Source: Minisyncoccia bacterium
GTDB taxonomy: Bacteria; Patescibacteriota; Minisyncoccia; Phycocordibacterales; UBA918
Length of the DNA stretch: 24,301 nucleotides
NCBI GenBank assembly: GCA_041752435.1
Contig: JBGSWM010000031.1
Location: 1-24,301 of the forward strand
Direction of reading: 5' to 3'
Part shown: in pieces, positions 1-8,300 of the stretch
Layout: every line of letters starts with the position of its first letter
How positions within the stretch are numbered: position 1 is the first letter of the stretch
Notes under the pieces: model-generated
What the model saw: only the letters and a program-made list of their open reading frames with translations
Told to the model about the DNA's origin: nothing
Databases searched by the model: none
Made by a program: the position numbers and the translations under genes

Positions 1-2
1 GT

Positions 3-1445
3 GCCTACGGTAAGCTCACAATTGGTGATGGTTCGACAACTACGAATGCTGGTATCCAGATTGGCTATGGTGGCATCTGTGTCGATAATGACGGCTCTTG
101 TGTCGCGTCCACTACTGGTCGTATCACCGCGGTTGAGTACACCACGGCCAACTCCGACTTAGCGGAAAACTACTTCTCGAGCGAAGATCTCGAGGCTGGT
201 GACGTGGTGTACCTCAAGGGTGGGCTATCGGTTGGCCGAGCTACCGGCGAGACAGCCGGTCGAGTACTTGGGGTGGTCTCCACCGCGCCCGGTATGACCC
301 TTGGTAGTAACGACTCATCGCTAGTTAGTGGCGAGACGGCTTTCCCGATTGGTCTTTCAGGTCGTGTGCCAGTGAAGTTGTCTGACGAGAATGGTCCAGT
401 TAAGGCTGGTGATGAACTGATGATGTCCTCTGTACCAGGTGTCGCGATGAAAGCTTCTTCTACAGGGGTGGTGATTGGTCTGGCGCTGGAAGACTTTGAT
501 AGTGCGCGAGCGTACTCAGACACATACATCAATCAGTTTGGCGAGAACATTATCGTGCCGGAGTACACCCCAATCAATCGAATTAGTGACCCACGGATTG
601 ATGATGGCTGTTACTACGGTGGTGGCAACGAGTCGGGCGAAGAAGTTTGTGTGCCGCTGGCTGCTACTACGACCAGTGCGCAGTATGATGAGGCCGATCA
701 GTTGGCAGCCGAGGAGGCTAAAGCAAAGGCTCTGCGTGCGCTGGTGCGGGTTGATAGTGAGGCGGTAGAGATTGGTAGTGGAGAGACAGTTCAGGTGGGG
801 CAGATTGTGATGTTCGTTGACCTCAGCTTCCGTTACCTAGATGAGACTGGTTTGGCTATGGTGTCGGCCCTCCTCGCAACCACGACTGAAGCAGAAGGGG
901 AAGAGACGGGGACTATCTGGCAGCGCTTGGTTAGTCTGGCCGAAAACTTTGTCGACGGGGTTCTTTCCGTCTTTACTTTGAAGGCTGATAAGGTGGAGAC
1001 GAACGAATTGTGTGTCGACGGGGTCTGCGTCTCGGGCGATGAGCTACGCGAAATTCTCCTTAATCTCAATGCTCCGCCAGAGCAACCAATCAGTTCTTCT
1101 GGGGGAACGGTTGAAGATGAGGAGGTTGATGAGGAAGTAGTAGAAGATGAAACTAATCCACCGGTACCAGAACCAGAGCCAGAAGTAGAAATTCCACCAG
1201 ATACGGATGAAGAAGAGGAGGTGGCAACTTCAACTGAAGCAGGGACTGAACCAGGAGCTGACGAGACACCAACTGGAGATGGGTCCGAAGAGGAAAGTCC
1301 AGTTAGTGAAGATGAGGAAGGGGTTGGAGAAAGTTTAGTCGAGGAAGATCCGGTAGTCGAACCTGAACTAGAACCGGCCCCAGAGCCTGAACCAGAAGTG
1401 ATCGAGGAAACGGTCGAAGAGATTACTAATATAGGAAATCCATAA
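3..1445 (+). CDS. 3' part (5'-truncated by the window) of a large fibre/tail-spike-like surface protein. It has an intramolecular-chaperone autocleavage domain (Peptidase_G2/S74-like) and an acidic Pro/Glu-rich tail.
   Basis: Frame is open from base 3 (AYGKLTIGDGS...), so the ORF-track start at 204 is internal. Motifs: NS-DLAENY (150-173), GVVSTAPG, GRVPVKLSDENGPVKAGDELMMSSVPGVAMKA, GLALEDF, GQIVMFVDL, then ELCVDGVCVSGDELREIL and an E/P-rich low-complexity tail. Stop TAA at 1443-1445. Confidence 0.75.
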   Translation, partial: AYGKLTIGDGSTTTNAGIQIGYGGICVDNDGSCVASTTGRITAVEYTTANSDLAENYFSSEDLEAGDVVYLKGGLSVGRATGETAGRVLGVVSTAPGMTLGSNDSSLVSGETAFPIGLSGRVPVKLSDENGPVKAGDELMMSSVPGVAMKASSTGVVIGLALEDFDSARAYSDTYINQFGENIIVPEYTPINRISDPRIDDGCYYGGGNESGEEVCVPLAATTTSAQYDEADQLAAEEAKAKALRALVRVDSEAVEIGSGETVQVGQIVMFVDLSFRYLDETGLAMVSALLATTTEAEGEETGTIWQRLVSLAENFVDGVLSVFTLKADKVETNELCVDGVCVSGDELREILLNLNAPPEQPISSSGGTVEDEEVDEEVVEDETNPPVPEPEPEVEIPPDTDEEEEVATSTEAGTEPGADETPTGDGSEEESPVSEDEEGVGESLVEEDPVVEPELEPAPEPEPEVIEETVEEITNIGNP

Positions 1446-1450
1446 ACACT

Positions 1451-2296
1451 ATGAAAAAAAACATTCACTTCATTTCCGGTTTTCCGCGCAGTGGCTCAAC
1501 TTTGCTCTGCAATATTTTGGCGCAAAACCCACGTTTTCGGACCACTGCTACCTCGGGCATCATGGATGTGATTTTTGGTGTCCGTAATAACTGGGATACT
1601 TTGGTCGAGTTTCAGGCTAATCCTAACGAAGAAGCGAAGCAGCGAGTGATGCGCGGTATGCTCCAGAGCTACTTTGCTGATACGGAGCATCCGGTGGTAT
1701 TTGATAAGTGTCGGGGCTGGGTTAGTTTGCTCGAGATGGCGGAGATGTTAATCGGGAAGAAGGCCAAAGTCTTAGTGCCGGTGCGTGATATTCGTGATGT
1801 CTTGGCTAGTTTTGAGAAGATTCACCGCGCTCAGTCAGCTGCCCAGCAACCAAGTTTTGAGCGCCAGCAGTACTTTGAATCACAAACCGCCGAGGGTAGG
1901 GCACAGATCTTACTCCAGCCAGATAAGCCAGTTGGCCTAGCTTATAATCGAGTCAAAGATGCTCTACGACGCGGCTTAGGTGAGAGAATGTATTTGGTTG
2001 AGTTTGAGAAGCTGACGAGTGAGCCAGCAGCCGAACTGGCTAGAATTTACGCCTTTTTAGAGGAGGAGCCTTTTGCGCATGACTTCGAAAAGGTGGAGCA
2101 GGTGACTTGGGAAAATGACGCTGTCCATGGAGTTAAAGGACTGCATGATATCCGCCAGAAAGTTCGTCCGATCGCACCACAATGGAATGAAATCCTCGGT
2201 CAATTTGCCGAGCAATATGGTCGGATGAATTTCTGGTGGCCCGAAAACCAAGCCTTTCATGATGTGTTCTACCACTGGCAGCCGGAGGTGAAATAA
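1451..2296 (+). CDS. PAPS-dependent sulfotransferase family protein (cytoplasmic)
   Basis: 5'-PSB loop HFISGFPRSGSTLL and 3'-PB motif VRDIRDVLASF; 281 aa; no signal peptide; starts 5 nt after the upstream stop. Confidence 0.88.
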   Translation: MKKNIHFISGFPRSGSTLLCNILAQNPRFRTTATSGIMDVIFGVRNNWDTLVEFQANPNEEAKQRVMRGMLQSYFADTEHPVVFDKCRGWVSLLEMAEMLIGKKAKVLVPVRDIRDVLASFEKIHRAQSAAQQPSFERQQYFESQTAEGRAQILLQPDKPVGLAYNRVKDALRRGLGERMYLVEFEKLTSEPAAELARIYAFLEEEPFAHDFEKVEQVTWENDAVHGVKGLHDIRQKVRPIAPQWNEILGQFAEQYGRMNFWWPENQAFHDVFYHWQPEVK

Positions 2297-2394
2297 ATTG
2301 AATATGACAAAACTGCAAACCAATTACGCTTTTATATTTCGAAACTAGACAGGAATTAAATATTATATTAACAAAGACAAAAGTAGAAAAAGCC

Positions 2395-5300
2395 ATGACA
2401 AAAAATAGTTATCAAACAAAATATAATGAGCGAAAGACAGGGAGTGAGTCCCGCTTCTTCGGGGTGTTGCTACCGTCTTTTTTGTTAGCTATCCTTTGTT
2501 TGGCTATTTTCCTACTCCCAGCACTGGCTCCTCAAGCTGAGGCGGCGATTGGGACGGGTGGGGCGCTTTGTACGGCGCAAAGTAAGTCGGCCGGCACTTC
2601 GCTTTCTTGTTCACCAACTCTTGAGAGTTTTAATGTAGGTAATATCGCCGTGATGATTTTTGCCGGTAATAACACGGCGACAGTCGATGGTAACGATGGG
2701 TTACTTTCCTCAGTCACTGACGACAAAGGAAATACTTGGACTGTACAGCGGTGCTTCACCAATAGTCGCGGCTCGGCTGGTGCAGGTGCGACCACTTGTA
2801 TCGCGACCGCTAAGATAACTACTGAACTCGCTACTTCTGCCGGCAACAACATTACTGCTAACTTTTCTTCGATTACTGCCAAGTCAATGGTGGTTAAAGA
2901 GTTCACGGTCGATTCCGGTAATACCCTGGAGATAGCCGGAACCCCGCAGGACGACGCTCGACTGACTGATCCAATAAATTTAACTATCACAGGCTTAACT
3001 AGTGGGGAGTATCTATTTTTGCGTAGTGTCGCTATAGAGAGGACTGCCCCTGGCGCTTGGACATCAACCGCAGGCTTTTCATCAACTACTTGTAACGGAA
3101 CTTCAAATGGACTCAATGCTTCAAATATGGAGGTGTGTGGTGAGTATGTCATTGAGTCCAGTTCGACTGGTACCTCGAGTAACCCGACCGCTTCGGGAAA
3201 TGATAACGCCTCCATTTTCGTGGCCTTGTCTGAGGTAATCATTCCAGACTACTCTCTTGGCGGTTCTATCTATAGCGATGCGGGAATAAATAAGGCGACT
3301 GGTACGAAGACGGTTAAGATAGTGATTGCTACGACTACTACCAGCGTCTTTTCGACCACCTCTGATGCTCTCGGGAACTGGTCTCTACCCATCACTGACT
3401 TTTCTGCCATTACTACCGGTACCAAGGTCTTAGTCTACGTTGATGGTGAAACAAATTTTAAAGCCAGTACTTTTACTAAGCTGGCTGATAATACGACGTC
3501 AGTGACAAATCTGGATCTCTATCACAACCGAGCAATCTTGCGCGATGAAATCGATACAGCTACCACCACTACTTTGGGTGAGTTGACCTTTTATGATGGT
3601 GCTGACGATAGTGATATTCGCTATATTTTCTCTGGCACTAGCTCAATGAATGTGCTCTCAGGAACAGAGTTGTATATTAAAGCGGGGACCACCTTCTCAC
3701 CGGAAGGTACGGTGACGGTCGAGGGTAATGGTTTAGCCAACTCGACCGATGGTTCACTTTATGTCGGGGGTGTATATACTCCTAGTGGCACCACCACCTT
3801 GGCGGGGAATTTGGTTTTTGCTAGTAGCAGTACCTACTATACTAACGTCGAAGGATTTGTCTTTACGGCCACGACTACGGGCAAGTATGTCTATGCCCCA
3901 AGTAGTACTTCGCTCGGGCCGATAGTCTTTAATGGTGTTGGTGGCGGTTGGCTTATGGCGACAGCGGCTGAGGTATCTGATTTCACCATTACCAACGGAA
4001 CCGTCGTCGGTCCGATTGGGACACTGACTATCAGTGGTGACTTTATTAACAATGGTACTTATATCGAGCAGGGTGGTGAACTGGTTTTTAGTGGTGCGGA
4101 TTTAACTCTTTCCGGTGAGGGTAACTTTGGTAACCTGACCTTAGCAGCCGCAGCTGCAGCTGATTTGGATCTAATCACCCACGCTGATTTCAACGTTTCA
4201 GTGGTGGCCGTAGATCAAGTTAATGGCATTGTCTATTTTGGTACCGGTATTGAAGGTTCACCGACGGAGTTCGCCTCAATTTATCGCTGTGATTTAACCA
4301 CTGCTTGTGACGCCTCGGGCGACTTCAGTGAAGTCTTCACTGCCTCGGCCGATAGAGCTATCTCGGCTTTAGTTATTGATGAGATTAACGCTCGTCTGTA
4401 TCTCGGTACCGGCAGTGGTGAGGGAGCAATTTATGGTTGCAACTTGTCTTCTGATTGTAACGCCTCCGGCGACTTTGTCTTGGCTTATGATACCACTGAG
4501 TCAGTCATTAGTTCGTTTTTGATTGATGATGTTAATCAGGTTTTATATGTCGGGACCGAGAGTGGTGGCATCATCTACCGCTGTCTTCTCTCGACCGGTT
4601 GTGACGCCTCGGGCGACTTCACGACCGCCTACGACACGACCGAAACTAGTATCGAGTCAATGGTGATTGATGTGGAAAGGGGAATATTGTTTGTCGGCAC
4701 TAGTCCAAGCGGCATCATCTACCGCTGTCTCCTCAGTACCGGCTGCGACGCCTCGGGTGACTTCACGACCGCCTACGACACAGCTGAGAACGCGATTGAG
4801 TCGATGGTGATTGATACTAGTAAAGATAGACTCTATGCTGGTGGATCAGGTGATTTGTTTGTTTGCTCGCTATCTTCTCTTTGCGACGTATCTGGTGATT
4901 TTGCTAACCCAGATCTTAGTGGTGCTGATCTTAATTATCAATCTATGGTGGTGGCTCCAGCGGGAGTATTGTTTATTGGGGAGGTTGATTTGGTGCGCTA
5001 TGTCGATGTGGCTACTTCGTCACTAACAGTCCTTGACGATATTAGCGTGCAAAACCTGACCATTGGTACTTATGCCTCGGCTACTCTGCCGGCGTCGATG
5101 ACGGTTGGCGGTAGCTACACCAATAACGGCACAGTGACGGCGGCTGGCACTACTACTTTCTCTGGATTTACCCAAGTAGCTACAGGGACTCTCACTGGTA
5201 CCTCAGCTTTAGGGGGTGTGACTTTTTCTGGGTTAGCTAACTTTCAATCAGGTAACGCTACTTCCACCTTCACGGAGACAGGGGTAATTTGGGATACTGG

Positions 5301-8300
5301 CAGTAGTAGTGACGAATTAATTGGTAACGTAGTAGATGAGACCACTCTTTATACTGTCGGCTTTTGTACCGGGTGTGGTAGTGCGGGCGGGGAAGCTATT
5401 TTGGTTGCCGCTTACGATAAAAATAGTGGTGCACTCCTGTGGTCGACCACGACTGACCCGAGTACAGGTGATGATCGGGGGACTGGTATCGCGGTGGATA
5501 ATACCTACGCCTACGTGTGGGGTGAGTGGTTTGACGGAGCGGACGACGCCTTGTATCTAATGGCGCTTAATAAAAGTACGGGGGACTTTGTCTGGAGTAC
5601 GAGCCAAGATCCTTCTTCGGGAACAGATATAGGTGCCTCGATTGTGGTCGACGGCGATTATCTGTACGCCAATGGCGCCTGTGCTACTTGTGGAGCGGGA
5701 TCGTCAGCTACTTTTTACACTGCTCAGTTTACTAAGGACAACGGTACCCTTCTTTGGTCTACCACCACAGACCCGAGTTCATCTTTGGATATTGCTACTG
5801 GTATCTATACCGATGAGAGATATGTCTACACAATGGGCTACTGCATCGGTTGCGGGGATAAGGCTTTGGCGGCGGTGTACACCATAGCACTCGTCAAGGA
5901 GACGGGGGCTTTGGTGTGGCAAAAATACGCCGACCCAACTTTTTTAAATGATTTAGGTTATCGTATAACTGGAGACGAAGACACGGTGTATGTGACGGCC
6001 TACTGTTTTGGTTGCAACAGCTCAAATAAATTTGCGTACTACACAATAGCCTATGATAAGGTTAACGGTACGGAACGCTGGGCCACCACCACTGACCCGG
6101 GTGAAGACGACCGGGCGCGGGGTATAGCGGTTGATGATGAGTATGTCTACCTGTCTGGTTATTGTACCAACTGTGTAGTCGTTAGTTCGACGGCTATCTA
6201 TGTATTAGTTCTTGATAAAGCGACCGGGGCTTTTGTACAGAGTGCCAGTACCAGTGCAGCTATTGGTGAAAGTCGCGGTGAGGCGATGGCTTATGACGGA
6301 CACTACTTATATGTCTCTGGCGTCTGTGTCGACTGTGGGCAATATGAAGGCGAAGCTGCTTATACGGTAAAGTTTGACAAGACAAATCTCGCGCTCGTGA
6401 CGGGGGATAGCAGTCTGACTTTTGGCGCCAACGCCTCAACCAGTGCTCTTACTATTGCTGCTATTTCGACTAATATTGTCTCAGCGTCAGATCATTTATC
6501 GGTAGCCGGGGATTTCTATAATGAAAATATTTTCAGTGCCCCTAGTGGTAATTTCATAGTTGGAGGTAATTTTACAAATTATGGCAATTTCTCGGCTAAC
6601 GATGGTGTGGTGAAGATAGACTCGGCTTATGAGCAAATTATTGAGATAGATAGTACGGCCTCGTCGACTTTTTATGATATTTCTCTAAGTGGGCCTGGTC
6701 AGAAGACTTTTGCGAGTATTTTTACCACTGCTTATGACTCTTCAGAGACTTCGATTAGCTCACTAGCAATCGACGCTGCAAATGGAGTTCTCTACGCTGG
6801 TGGGTCTGGGAGCAGTATCATCTACCGCTGCCTTCTCACTACAGGATGTGATGCGAGTGAGGATTTTACGACCGCGTATGATACTAGCGAATCATCCGTT
6901 GATTCCCTTGTGATAGATTCTACAAACGGCGTCCTCTATGCGGGTACAGGACGCAGTTTTGGAGATGGTGGTATCATCTACCGCTGCCTTCTCTCGACTG
7001 GCTGCGACGCAAGTGGAGATTTTGCGGTGGCGTACAATACCACTCAAGCATATATTTATTCACTGGCTATCGACGCCACAAATGGTGTCCTTTATGCGGG
7101 AACTTACTCTGGCGGCATCATCTACCGCTGTCTCCTCAGTACCGGCTGCGACGCCTCGGGTGATTTCACGACGGCGTATGATACTTCCGAAACATATATT
7201 CATTCACTGGCTATCGACGCCACAAACAACGTCCTCTACGCCGGTAGTGGCAACAGCGGCATCATCTACCGCTGTCTCCTCAGTACCGGCTGCGACGCCT
7301 CGGGTGATTTCACGACGGCGTATGATACTTCAGAGGCATCAATCTATTCGCTTATAGTAGACTCTGTAAATGGTACTCTTTATGTTGGGGGCGGCAGCGG
7401 CATCATCTATCGCTGCCTACTTTCTACCGAATGTGATGGAAGCAGAGCTCTAACTGAAGTATATGATAATGCGTTGGGTATAAACATCAATAACTTCACC
7501 ATTGATTCTTTAGGTAGTACTTTGTATGCGGGTGTATCAGGGGGCAACACTTACCGTTTCCAAAACGGTTTTGACTTTGGTACCAGCGCTACTACAAGTG
7601 ACCTTGTTATTGCCGAAGGCCATGCCATGGTGGCACCTATAGAAATAGAGATTACGGGGGATTATATAAATGAAGGATTCTTTAATGCTGGTGGCGGTAC
7701 TACTACCTTCTCTGGTACTGGAGAGCAAACCGCCACTGGCACCATGACCGGTACCAGCGCGTTTGCAAATCTGGCGATTACTAACACGGCCGCGACGACG
7801 ACTTTTGGTAGCGCTCTCACTGTCAGTGACACCTTGACCGCATTCCCCGGGACAAAGATCGCTCTACAGTCTGGGGCCACCACCACTGTAGCCAATCTCA
7901 ATTTAGCAGGCTCCAGTACCTCACCCGTCACCTTTGGGGCAACAGAGACCACTTCACCAGCCAACTTTGTTTTGACTGGATCTTCGGCCGTGACTTATAC
8001 CACCATTCAAAATAACCATGCCTGTGGCTCAACTGGTGGGGTGATTGATGTTTTACTGGGTAATAATACTGATGGCGGAGATACTGAATGTTGGATTATT
8101 GTTCCTAGTAATCCGCAAATTGCTATGACGGAAAGTCAAACCTTCTTCATTGGTCAGACGGCAACACCTCTTAATGTAATAACTGTTTATGATGCAATCA
8201 ATCCTGTCATTACGGCGGTAGATGATATTAGGATTACTATTGCTACCAGCACCACTAACTTTCTCTGGGCCGATACTGGTTTTACTTTCCTAAACATCAG

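Noticed and set aside
3-2296. Prophage tail module
   Set aside because: Apart from the chaperone motif there are no phage structural, lysis or integration genes, and downstream genes are cellular. Sequence upstream of the window is unseen, so this is not fully excluded.
2304-2348. 14-codon mini-ORF MTKLQTNYAFIFRN, resembling the start of the giant protein (MTKNSYQTKY)
   Set aside because: Shared sequence is only atgacaaaa in AT-rich DNA; too short to distinguish from chance.
4567-7331. Diversity-generating retroelement TR/VR pair
   Set aside because: All copies are in-frame coding blades, mismatches are not adenine-specific, and there is no reverse transcriptase in the window.
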